Origin: Candidatus Marinacidobacterales bacterium
GTDB lineage: Bacteria > Acidobacteriota > Vicinamibacteria > Marinacidobacterales > SMYC01
NCBI GenBank assembly: GCA_965237685.1
Contig: CBDEGF010000004.1
Coordinates: forward strand, 264,541-328,540
Length of the DNA: 64,000 nucleotides
Direction: 5' to 3'
Shown here: positions 28,678-37,190 of the stretch, in pieces
How the letters are laid out: each line of letters starts with the position of its first letter
Numbering within the stretch: the first letter of the stretch is position 1
Notes under the pieces: generated by a model
Told to the model about the DNA's origin: nothing
Databases searched by the model: none
The model's input: only the letters and a program-made list of their open reading frames with translations
Translations under genes and position numbers: made by a program

Positions 28678-29574
28678 ATGCGCCTCGTGACTCGTGGAAA
28701 CCTGGATGGTCTCACCTGTGCGGTTCTCATCAAACATGCGGAGCGCCTGGATTCGATCGAGCTCATTCACCCCCAGGACATCACCGACAGCGTCTTCGAG
28801 ATCAAAGCCGGAGATATTCTGGCCAACGTGCCCTATCACCCCGCCTGCGCCAAGTGGTTCGACCACCACTCGGCGACGCGGACCTACGAGAAGCCGCCCG
28901 AAAGGTTCGAGGGGAATTTCGGTCTCGCTCCCAGCACCGCCCGCCTGGCGTACGACTACTACCTGCACGAAAACCCCGGTCTGAAGCTCTACGAGGAGCT
29001 GGTCAAAGAGACGGATCGCTACGACAAGGCCGATCTCACGGTGGAGGACGTCACCGACCCCAAAGGCTACATCCTCCTCGGATTCACCATGGATCCTCGC
29101 ACCGGCCTCGGCGACTTCCGGAACTACTTCTTGAACCTCGTGGAGGAGCTCGCCGAGAAATCGGCAGACGAGATTCTGGGCCTCCCCGAGGTGAAGGCGA
29201 GAGTGGATCGCATCGCGGAGGAGCGCGAGAAGTTCCTCGACGCCACGCGCAAATACTCACGTGTCGTGAAGAACCTGGTCGTGACCGACCTGCGGGACGC
29301 GGTGGATCTGCCTGCCGGCAATCGCTTCCTTATTTATACGCTGTACCCGGAGACCAACGTCTCGATGCGGATTGCCTGGGGTCCGAACAAGAAGTTCGTC
29401 GTGGCCACCGTTGGCCACAGCATTTTCAACCGCACCTGCGAGGTACACGTAGGCAGCCTGCTCGCCAAGTACGGTGGCGGCGGTCACAAGGGCGCCGGCG
29501 CCGCGCCTCTCGACGCGGAGCAGGCCAACGAGCTCATTGGCGAGCTAATCCCGAAGCTCACCGAAGAGTCCTAG
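28678..29574 (+). CDS. DHH/DHHA1-family phosphoesterase (NrnA-like) - tentative
   Basis: C-terminal GGGHKGAGAA matches the DHHA1 GGGH motif. N-terminal DHH-like region is present. The stop codon TAG lies inside the MITE terminal repeat. Confidence 0.5.
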   Translation: MRLVTRGNLDGLTCAVLIKHAERLDSIELIHPQDITDSVFEIKAGDILANVPYHPACAKWFDHHSATRTYEKPPERFEGNFGLAPSTARLAYDYYLHENPGLKLYEELVKETDRYDKADLTVEDVTDPKGYILLGFTMDPRTGLGDFRNYFLNLVEELAEKSADEILGLPEVKARVDRIAEEREKFLDATRKYSRVVKNLVVTDLRDAVDLPAGNRFLIYTLYPETNVSMRIAWGPNKKFVVATVGHSIFNRTCEVHVGSLLAKYGGGGHKGAGAAPLDAEQANELIGELIPKLTEES

Positions 29575-29788
29575 TGCACGAACCCGCTGATACTGTCGGC
29601 AAACTCCAAAGTCATTTTTCGTGCTGGCAAGGCGCTCCGACGAAGTCATATCTAGATATTTCGAGCCGCCTTCCGCAGCGAGCCTGTCGAGCGGAGGGCT
29701 AGGCCGGAGGCCGAACTGCAACAAATGGAGCAACGCCGCCAGCGCGGAAAAGGACGAGGAATTTGCGGCAGGATTAGCGGGCTCGTGC
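29571..29788. mobile_element. MITE-like non-autonomous element (218 bp) with 21-bp terminal inverted repeats and a GAGTC 5-bp target duplication
   Basis: Left end is CTAGTGCACGAACCCGCTGAT. Right end is ATTAGCGGGCTCGTGCAC. Flanks are GAGTC (29566-29570) and GAGTC (29789-29793). A second, internally deleted copy in opposite orientation is at 36683-36843. Confidence 0.6.
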
Positions 29789-29793
29789 ACGAG

Positions 29794-30174
29794 TCAGCCT
29801 TCCGCTCTGACCTTCAGCGTGAGGCCGTCGACGGCCGCAACCACGACTCGCTCGCCTTTCGGCACCGCGCCCGAGGGCGTGGCAAGCTCGGCACGCCACA
29901 ATTCTCCCCGGACGCGCACGTAGCCTGTCCGGTCGAGTGTCTCCTGCGCCACACCCTGAAGCCCCAGCAGGCTGTCTTCCGAGCCTCGCTCATGGAAGTG
30001 ATACGCGTGCTTCAGAATCGGGTACAGCACGACATCTTTGACCAGCCAGGCGACGAACACGACGATGGCGAGACCGATCGAGATGTCGAACCACCGGCGG
30101 GCCGCCACGAGGAGCGCGACCAGGATGAACCATCCGGGAACCTGCAGGAGCCAGTACTTCCAGAAGACGTGCAT
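29794..30174 (-). CDS. NfeD-like membrane/OB-fold protein
   Basis: N-terminal TM helices followed by GYVRVRGELWRAELAT...GERVVVAAVDGLTLKV (NfeD C-terminal beta-barrel). Confidence 0.5.
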   Translation of the reverse strand: MHVFWKYWLLQVPGWFILVALLVAARRWFDISIGLAIVVFVAWLVKDVVLYPILKHAYHFHERGSEDSLLGLQGVAQETLDRTGYVRVRGELWRAELATPSGAVPKGERVVVAAVDGLTLKVRAEG

Positions 30175-30195
30175 CGAGGCGAGCGCTAGCAGCAG

Positions 30196-30657
30196 CTAGA
30201 GAGGGTCATGCTCGGACGGCTTCACATCGTAGATCGGACCCGAGTCCGAAGAAGTCGGGGCGCCTAATCCCGAGACCTGTACGCGCAGCTCGCCCGCCTC
30301 GATGGAGTTCTTGATGCGCTTCGCGAGCCAACTTTTGACCAGGCCGCGAAAGGCCGGAACCAGCAAGAGAAAACCGAGCGCATCCGTCAGGATGCCCGGC
30401 GTCATCAGCAGGGCCCCGGCGACCAGAATCATCGCCCCATCGACCACCGCGCCGGCTGGAAGCTGCCCGCGGTTGACCTCTTCCTGCATGTGGCGAAGCA
30501 CGGCGAAGCCCTCGAGCCGTGCGAGATAGGCCCCGACGACACCGGTGATCACGATCAGGCCGAGCGTAGGAATCGTCCCAATGCGAGAGCCGACTTCAAT
30601 GAGGAGCGCGAGCTCGACCGCCGGAACGACGATGAAGAGAAGGAGCAGCTTGCCCAT
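30196..30657 (-). CDS. fxsA: FxsA-family cytoplasmic membrane protein
   Basis: MGKLLLLFIVVPAVELALLIEVGSRIG...LIVITGVVGAYLAR...ILTDALGFLLLVP matches FxsA. Confidence 0.7.
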   Translation of the reverse strand: MGKLLLLFIVVPAVELALLIEVGSRIGTIPTLGLIVITGVVGAYLARLEGFAVLRHMQEEVNRGQLPAGAVVDGAMILVAGALLMTPGILTDALGFLLLVPAFRGLVKSWLAKRIKNSIEAGELRVQVSGLGAPTSSDSGPIYDVKPSEHDPL

Positions 30658-30906
30658 ACTGACCTATTATAGGCACGTGACGAAGAGATACGGGTTTCTG
30701 CTCTGCTCTGGCCAGTCTTTCGGCCTGCGCCGAAGAGACGGCGCCAAGCTCGGTGATTGCCGGAATGGCCCGGGTCGATGCGGTCCAAGCGCGCATCCTG
30801 GAGTCCTTCCCGGTCCAGGTGCATGGTGTCCTTGCGGCAGCAGTGCGTGACTTAGGTGCTGTTGGGTTCGTAAGCTGAGCGGAGAGATTGCTCAAGGAGG
30901 CCATCG

Positions 30907-31449
30907 ATGCGCTCAAAGAAGGCAGAACTCGAAGACGTTGTGAAACAGTTCGAAGCATGGCGGGCGAAGCCACACGGACGGCTGATCCCGGAGGAGTTGT
31001 GGAAAGCGGCGCTGGGGTTGCTCGATCGGTATGCGCCGAGCACGATCTGCAGTCATCTCCGAGTCAATGCGGCGCGATTCAAACAGGTCCGAGAGAGTGG
31101 AGGGGCCGTTGTGGGCGAGAAGCGTTTCAAGGGGCACGGGCGAACGGGTGCTACGGGTCGGTCCCCGCGCACAGTACAGGATCGGAGTGCGGCGGAGCGG
31201 GTCACGGCGTTAGCTCCAAGTGGCAACGCGTTCGTCGAGCTGCCGCAGTTCGGCATGGGCTTAGGGGGCGGCATGATGACACCGCCGCTCGGCGAGGTTC
31301 AGCATGGAGCGAGCAGATGCCGTCTGACGGTGGAGAGCGCAGCGGGGAGCCTCACGGTCGTGACGGCGAGCGGCGAGGGTGAGAATGAGTTGGTCGAAGC
31401 CGTGTGTCGTTTCGTGCTCGGCGCGCTGGAAGGCAGCTCCCGAGCATGA
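30907..31449 (+). CDS. IS66 Orf1 (TnpA-like accessory protein)
   Basis: AAGGAGG RBS. MRSKKAELEDVVKQFEAWRAKPHGRLIPEELWKAALGLL is the typical IS66 orf1 N-terminus. Confidence 0.65.
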   Translation: MRSKKAELEDVVKQFEAWRAKPHGRLIPEELWKAALGLLDRYAPSTICSHLRVNAARFKQVRESGGAVVGEKRFKGHGRTGATGRSPRTVQDRSAAERVTALAPSGNAFVELPQFGMGLGGGMMTPPLGEVQHGASRCRLTVESAAGSLTVVTASGEGENELVEAVCRFVLGALEGSSRA

Positions 31450-31799
31450 TCCAGCTCGTTCCCCAGCTGAAGGTGCTGGTTGCCTGCGAGCCCGTCGATT
31501 TCCGCAAGGGCATCGATTCTTTGGCTTGTGTGTGCCGGCAACAGTTCCAGCTCGACCCATTCCTCGGAACGCTATTCGTTTTCCGCAACCGTTCAGGCAC
31601 GGCCCTCAAACTATTGGTCTACGACGGCCAGGGCTTTTGGTTGTGCCAGAAGCGTTTCTCGAAGGGGCGCCTGCAGTGGTGGCCGCGTCAGACGACGGAT
31701 GGCGTTGCGGCGCTACCCGCCGAGCAGTTGGCGGTGCTTATCTACAACGGACTTCCGCTGCGAGCGGGGATGGCCGAGCCGTGGCGGCGGGTCGGTTGA
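31446..31799 (+). CDS. tnpB: IS66 Orf2 (TnpB)
   Basis: MIQLVPQLKVLVACEPVDFRKGIDSLACVCRQQFQLDPFLGTLFVFRNRSGTALKLLVYDGQGFWLCQKRFSKGRLQWWP is canonical IS66 TnpB, full length (117 aa). Confidence 0.8.
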   Translation: MIQLVPQLKVLVACEPVDFRKGIDSLACVCRQQFQLDPFLGTLFVFRNRSGTALKLLVYDGQGFWLCQKRFSKGRLQWWPRQTTDGVAALPAEQLAVLIYNGLPLRAGMAEPWRRVG

Positions 31800-33290
31800 G
31801 CCTTTCCAACGTCTTCTGGTAGCTCCAAGGCAGCCACGACTCGGGTGCTGCTCTAGCGTCTCGAGCGTGCATGGAGATGTTCGTCAGATAGTGCACCGGG
31901 TCGACACCGTTTTTTACCGCGGTGCGGATCATGCTCAGGAGCACGTCGCCCACGTCGGCGCCTGCTGGGTCTTGAAGAAGAGCGAGTTCTTGCGATGCCG
32001 TTGTGAGGGCTTCAGCTCCTGCTCGACCTCGTTGTTGTCGAGGGGCACGCCCGGCACTTCGAGGAAGCGGGTTAGCCCTTGCCAGTGATTTTTGACGTAG
32101 GAAAAGGCTTTTCCAAGGCGGCTGTTGGGCTCCACCACGCGCTCGCGGAACTGCTTTTCGATCCACTCGTAGAGCGCATCCATCACCGGCCGGCTGTGTT
32201 GCTGGTGATATGCAAGCCGCGCATCGGGGGTCATGTCGCGCGTTTCGTCGTCGTTGCGGTAGATGGTCGCGATGTCCTCGAGCACCCGCTCGCAGTGTTC
32301 GGGGAAGGCTGGCTCGGCCTCGAAGAAGTAGCGGCGTGCGTGCACCATGCACTTGGCGGTAATCCGTCGCGGCGAGCGCGGTGCCATCGAGGAGGCGTCG
32401 GCCATATGGATGACATCGCTCTCCTGAACGGTGCGCTGATTCAGGAGCCGGTCCATGTTTTCGCCCGCATGCCGTCGTCCGCTCGCGTACAGGATGATCG
32501 GAGCAAGCGTGGCGTCCAAGCCGCGGGCAACAATGCCCGTGGTGAAGATGCCCGTGCGCTCGCCTTTGCCTTGAGTCAAGGTCTCGTTCTCCGCCATCAA
32601 CGTGAGGATCCGTGCGCCGGTGTCGTCACTGTGAACCAGCGGCCGGTTCGCGGCTATCGTCTCCATGTGGCGGAAGACCGGGAACACGGCATTCGCCATC
32701 GCTTCGACCCGCTCGAACTGCGTGGAGGCGGCAAACGGAACCCCCGCCCACTTTTGCCACTGCGCCAGGCGGTGGTGGGGCATGCCCATGGCGTAGCGCA
32801 ACACCGAAACGACCGCGTCCACACTCGGATGGTACTTGCTCGCCCAGGCCTGAGACGGAAGTGGCGCTGTGAACGTCTTCTGGCAACTTGCGCATCGCAG
32901 CATCTGGCGCTCGTACACCGTCGCCTGGATCGGCGGCTGAGCCTTCAGCTCCACATCCTTGTTCGCCGCATGGGTGTCGTAGAGCTTGCCCCGGCACAGT
33001 GGCTCGGGGCAGGGGCCGCTCGCCTTCAGCTCGGGATGCGAAACCGCTACGTGCTCGGCACCAGGGTAGTCCTTGGCCCCGTTGCGCCCGTGGCCCTTGT
33101 TCTTCCCTTTCCCCTTTGCCTTCGTGCGTTTCGCGCGACGTTCCGTTGTCGCCATGCCAGCGCCTCGACGATAGCGACATCGCAGCAGATGACGCACCGC
33201 CTCGAGCAGCACCGGACACGCATCCTCGGGAATCTCCCCTTTCGACAGCCGCTCTTCCAGGCGCAGGAGCTCGGCCCGCTCGACCTTCAT
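31780..33290 (-). pseudogene. IS66-family transposase TnpC with a C-terminal frameshift, in inverted orientation relative to tnpA/tnpB
   Basis: Zn-finger CPEPLCRGKL...CASCQKTF, DDE region, then PLDNNEVEQELKPSQRHRKNSLFF. After a -1 shift it continues AGADVGDVLLSMIRTAVKNGVDPVHYLTNI...ESWLPWSYQKTLERL (IS66 C-terminal signature). It ends with no stop, abutting the tnpB 3' end. Confidence 0.75.
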
Positions 33291-34201
33291 CGCGAAACGC
33301 CGAGCTCTCGGCGAAACTCACGCACCAGCGGATACACCAAGCATGTTTTCACCGCTTCGGCTTTTCTCTTGTGCCGGTCCATCCGGCCCCGGCCCGAAGT
33401 CACTCCCACCTCCACCCAGTTCGCTGCCAGATAGCACGTCCCCTCGTAACGCTCCCTCTCCACAAACGTCTCGAGCAACACCGGCCTCACCCCGTAGGCT
33501 TCCTCCCAGTCATCGACCACCACTCGCGCTGCCAACGACAGCACGTGACTCGCGAGGCCTTTGATGGAAAGCCACGGCAGGATCAGGAACCGACTGTTGT
33601 TGACCACCCGGGGAAGGTTCTTCTGCCGCGTTGCGTCATCCCAACCGATGAAGCCGTCACGCGCCTGAAGCCACCGCGCCGCCGAGGAGAACTGCACGCA
33701 CCCACAGAGCTCCCGCCGAGGATTCGACATCCAGACCAAGTACCGCAGGTGCGCGCCAAAGGCCACCTTGTGGCCCAGGTAGTGGTAACGCGCGACCAGT
33801 TCCCTCCATAGCGCTCGCTCCTCAGCGTTCGCCACCAAGCCCAGCATCACCGGAGCGACGTCCGATAGCTTGCCCTCACGCCGTGGCCGCTCGCGACCAG
33901 CCTTCGTGTAGTGGATGCTCGTCGGTCCGCGGCGCCGCTGCTCGTGACGCGGGGGCAACGTCACCAGCCCCTTCGCTTCGACAACCTCCAGGTACTCGTA
34001 GCATTCCCGGGTCTTGAGATTGCCGTTCCGACGAACCCACCCCAGGCCCTCACAGATCGTGCGCGCCAGCTCGTGCCGGGACAGACCACACGTGGCGATG
34101 ATCTCCGTCAGCACGCTCCATTCCTCGGCGGTCACGGTCGTGCCGCAAAAGGTGGGTCGCTTGGCTGCGGTGTCGAGTGCAGCGTTTCCTGTCTGGGTCA
34201 C
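33287..34201 (-). CDS. Conserved 304-aa IS-associated accessory protein (wHTH-like N-terminus + HYLG / NNSRFLILPW C-terminal domain; possibly DUF4338-like), translationally coupled (ATGA) to TnpC
   Basis: GGGAGG RBS precedes the GTG start. LSRHELARTICEGLGW...ECYEYLEVVEAKGLVTLPP; ARYHYLGHKVAFGAHLRYLVW...DGFIGWDDATRQKNLPRVVNNSRFLILPWL. The same gene (5'-truncated) precedes TnpC in the second copy at 53459-53989. Confidence 0.6.
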   Translation of the reverse strand: MTQTGNAALDTAAKRPTFCGTTVTAEEWSVLTEIIATCGLSRHELARTICEGLGWVRRNGNLKTRECYEYLEVVEAKGLVTLPPRHEQRRRGPTSIHYTKAGRERPRREGKLSDVAPVMLGLVANAEERALWRELVARYHYLGHKVAFGAHLRYLVWMSNPRRELCGCVQFSSAARWLQARDGFIGWDDATRQKNLPRVVNNSRFLILPWLSIKGLASHVLSLAARVVVDDWEEAYGVRPVLLETFVERERYEGTCYLAANWVEVGVTSGRGRMDRHKRKAEAVKTCLVYPLVREFRRELGVSR

Positions 34202-34304
34202 TGTTTTCCTCCCAGCCTGAGATTACACAGTCAGCCAGCGTTTGTCCAGTCCTTTTTTCCCTCTCTCTCTGCCCGCGAGAAAAACGACACACCCGGCGTT
34301 CAGC

Positions 34305-34601
34305 TTACCGAATCGCCCCCACGTTCTCACGCACTACTACCGCAAGGACACGGTGCATGCCGTTGCGACCGGCAACCTGCCGGATCCCTGCACGCGCATC
34401 GACGAGGTCAGCCAATCCCGTCAGGGGAACGTATTCACCGTTCGATTGACGACCGCGCGGCCCGCCGATGTCGCGTGTATCCAGGTGATAGCGCCTTTCG
34501 AAGAAGTCATCCCTCTAGAAGTGCGCGGCCTGCCCGCTGGAGACTACACGGTCGACGTCAACGGCGTACGGGCGAGCTTCACGCTTCAAGTGGACAATTA
34601 G
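34305..34601 (+). CDS. Hypothetical protein fragment immediately outside the IS right end (about 98 aa, no start codon)
   Basis: ...NLPDPCTRIDEVSQSRQGNVFTVRLTTARPADVACIQVIAPFEEVIPLEVRGLPAGDYTVDVNGVRASFTLQVDN. The ORF upstream portion is IS sequence. Confidence 0.3.
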   Translation, partial: LPNRPHVLTHYYRKDTVHAVATGNLPDPCTRIDEVSQSRQGNVFTVRLTTARPADVACIQVIAPFEEVIPLEVRGLPAGDYTVDVNGVRASFTLQVDN

Positions 34602-34637
34602 ATGCAGTGATGAATACGCGCGAGCTCGACGCTCCTA

Positions 34638-34787
34638 GAGGGCGGTCCAGGTCTCGCGGTCGATGCCTGCCTGTCGCAAGATACGAATCAGCAGCTCCTT
34701 GCTTACATCGCCGCGATGGAGATTGGGTATTCGTAACGTCGTGTCGCCCCTGACCATTAACTGGATGTCTACCAGTCGAAGCACAAA
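34638..34787 (-). pseudogene. hicA: 5'-truncated HicA-family mRNA-interferase toxin remnant (about 50 aa)
   Basis: VLRLVDIQLMVRGDTTLRIPNLHRGDVSKELLIRILRQAGIDRETWTAL resembles the HicA C-terminal half (tvPhh.kdl..gtl.sILkqAGl). The N-terminal GSHH part is missing. The ORF is cut exactly at the boundary of the 70-bp repeat. Confidence 0.35.
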
Positions 34788-34793
34788 CTAGCC

Positions 34794-34868
34794 GCGTAGC
34801 TGCTGCTTCGCATCGTAGCGATGTGGACGCGAATGGTCCTCAATCAAAGTCCATCGGGCTCAGGCTCG
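34794..34868. repeat. 70-bp dispersed repeat AGCTGCTGCTTCGCATCGTAGCGAT...GGTCCTCAATCAAAGTCCATCGGGCTCAGGCT; second copy 53384-53458 abuts the truncated IS copy 2
   Basis: The two copies differ at about 6 positions. Copy 1 continues into a GGGCTCGGGCTCGGTAACGGGCACGGG block, also seen at 47671-47703. Confidence 0.8.
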
Positions 34869-34968
34869 GGCTCGGTAACGGGCACGGGATGAACGTCCTC
34901 GTACTTTCGTTAACAGAACCGGCACCTTTGGCCTGCTCTCAATAGGGGAGTTCTGAGTCTAGTGGGAG

Positions 34969-36580
34969 CTACTTGCCTCCCTGATCTGTCGCCCGGCTGC
35001 GGGCTTTCGCCTCTTCCACCATGCGGGCGACGTCGGCGAGAAGCTCCTTCGCGTCGTAGATGATTCCGTCCTTGATGGTGTACTTCACACCGCCGACGCG
35101 CTCCGGGCTCCGCGTCTCGTCGTTCAGACGCTCAGCGCCGGTGCCGTAGAGCACCTTGAGATTCGCCACGGGGTTTTCGTCGACAATGACGAGGTCGGCG
35201 AGAAGACCCGGCTCGACGACGCCGAACTCGATCGGCTTGCCCTTTGGCTCGAAGAGCGCCTGAGCGCCGTGCATGGTGGCACCACGGAAGATCTCCAGTG
35301 GATGGAACCCCGCCTCCTGCAGAAGCTCCATCTCTTCGATGTTCCCGAAGCCCCAGAGGTTGTAGATGTAGGCCGCATCGGCGCTCACCGTGACGCGTCC
35401 ACCGCGGTCCTTGTAGTCATCGAGGAAGTCCATCCACTTGCCGTAGAAGTTCTTCCACGCCACTTCCTCCCACGTCGTCCAGTAGTACCAGTACGAGCCA
35501 TGATCGGTGCGGCTCGGTAGATAGAACTCCCACAACGACGGAAGCGTGTACGTGTCGTGCCACTCGGCGCGGCGCTCGCGCATCACGTCACGCCCGGCCA
35601 GATACGCGGTCATGGTCGGATCGAGGATAGTGTTGAGCTCGAGAAGCTCGTCGAGAAGCGCGTTCCACTTCTCCCCTCCGACTCTGACGTACTGAGCCTG
35701 CCTGGCGACCTGAGCGAAACGGTCCTGTTCGTTGCTGTAATTCACGTCGGCCGGCCAGAACTGGACGTCGGTATCCTCGTACATCGCCTCGAAGAGGCCA
35801 TAGAAGTGCGTCACCGTTCCGAGACCCAATCGTGCCGCGTCCAGCGCGTTCATCTGGGCCACACCGGTCTGCGCCAGGTGCGCCGTCGAGCCGAGACCGT
35901 GCTTTTGGGCCTCGTCGAGAAGGGCCTCCATGATGTCGGGCCGATAGGAGCCGAGCTTCATGCCATCGATCCCCTTCTCGGCCGCCCAGCGCACCCACTC
36001 TCGCGCCTTTTCGGGAGTCCGAAGCGGTCCGCCTTCCCAGTCTTCGCCGCTACCCGGTCGGTGATAGGCGAAGATGCGGGGGGCGACGATCTCGTTGTTG
36101 GCACTGCGCTCGCGCTCACTGAGCGTCCAGTTCATGGGACCGGCGGCAACGCCTCGGATAGAGGTGATCCCGTGGGCCATCCACAACTTGTACGTATAGG
36201 TCGCCTCGGGGGCCTTCGGAATGCCGCCCACGTGCGCATGCAGGTTGACGAAGCCGGGCAGCACCCACGAGCCGTGTGCGTCGATCTCCTTCGTGGCGTC
36301 TTTCGGCCGCCCCTCCTCATCGATGGGCACATTGGGAACCCCGACGCCCTGGACCCGAACGATGCGGTTGTTCTCGATCACGATGTCCACCGGGCCGCGC
36401 GGCATGGCGCCGGTGCCGTCGATCAGGGTCGCACCGCGAATGATGAGCCGCTCGAACGGCCCCTCTCCCTGGTCTCCCCGGTCGGGCGCGGGAATGAGCT
36501 CGTCCTGAGCCCAGGCCACCGCACCCAGTGCGACGAGACAGATGAGCGATACCGTTGCTAGCGATCGGGCCAAAGCCATG
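34969..36580 (-). CDS. Secreted amidohydrolase-family metallohydrolase (537 aa)
   Basis: GGAGG RBS precedes ATG 36580. Signal MALARSLATVSLICLVALGAVAWAQDE. LIDGTGA...VLPGFVNLHAHVGG (HxH metal site), C-terminal ...GLLADLVIVDENPVANL. The longer listed ORF (to 36933) is read-through of the MITE. Confidence 0.8.
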
Positions 36581-36682
36581 AAAACCTCCTCTTTTCCTGG
36601 ACGAACTCCCCTTCGAGTCGGGGGGGCAATTATTGTCCGAAGTCGGGCTCGCGTCGAGCTCCTAGTGCTCGAACCGCTAGTG

Positions 36683-36843
36683 CTAGTGCACGAACCCGCT
36701 AATCCTGCCGCAAATTCCTCGTCCTTTTCCGCGCTGGCGGCGTTGCTCCTCCTCGAAATATCTAGATATGACTTCGTCGGAGCGCCTTGCCAGCACGAAA
36801 AATGACCTTGGAATTTGCCGACAGTATCAGCGGGTTCGTGCAC
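36683..36843. mobile_element. Second MITE-like copy (161 bp, inverted orientation, about 60 bp internally deleted), near-perfect 5-bp target duplication TAGTG / TAGTC
   Basis: CTAGTGCACGAACCCGCTAAT...ATCAGCGGGTTCGTGCAC, with extra partial TIR copies at 36661-36682 and 36853-36872. Confidence 0.6.
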
Positions 36844-36911
36844 TAGTCCTGTCGACAACGGGTTCGTGAACAATCTCGTCCTAGCTGCGTACGGGACAAA
36901 CATGATGCTCA

Positions 36912-37187
36912 TTGCGCATGGCGATGGGAGCACGCCCGGCAGACGTGTTGAAGCTCATCGTCGGTCAGGGAGCCTGGCTCGTCGCGGCGGGAGTGCTGTT
37001 GGGGCTGGCCGGTGCGTTTACCGTCACCCGGTGGATGGCCAGCCTGTTGTTCGAAGTCGGCACCGCCGACCCGATCACGTTCTTCGGCCTTGCGCTACCC
37101 TTGGCCGTCGTCGCGATCGCCGCCTGCTACCTGCCGGCGCGACAGGCGACGCGGGTGGACTCGATGCTGTCGCTTCGCTGCGAGTAG
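36912..37187 (+). pseudogene. C-terminal 91-aa remnant of a second ADOP/MacB-type FtsX permease
   Basis: RMAMGARPADVLKLIVGQGAWLVAAGVLLGLAGAFTVTRWMASLLFEVGTADPITFFGLALPLAVVAIAACYLPARQATRVDSMLSLRCE; nothing of the rest of the ~800-aa protein is upstream. Confidence 0.5.
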
Positions 37188-37190
37188 AGC

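Larger units (their letters stand above)
30870..34308. mobile_element. Composite IS66-family element: IR-tnpA-tnpB on + strand, then inverted (accessory ORF + TnpC) on - strand, bounded by GTAAGCTGA(G/A)CG inverted repeats; no target-site duplication
   Basis: Left end at 30870 is GTAAGCTGAGCGGAGAG. Reverse complement of the right end at 34308 is GTAAGCTGAACGCCGGG. The 8-bp flanks do not match (TTGGGTTC vs CGAATCGC). Confidence 0.65.

Noticed and set aside
30765-30878. Small ORF MARVDAVQARILESFPVQVHGVLAAAVRDLGAVGFVS running into the IS left inverted repeat as the 5' part of an IS-disrupted gene
   Set aside because: No RBS, no recognisable domain, and it cannot be joined in frame to the fragment on the far side of the IS (34305-34601). 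It is probably noise.
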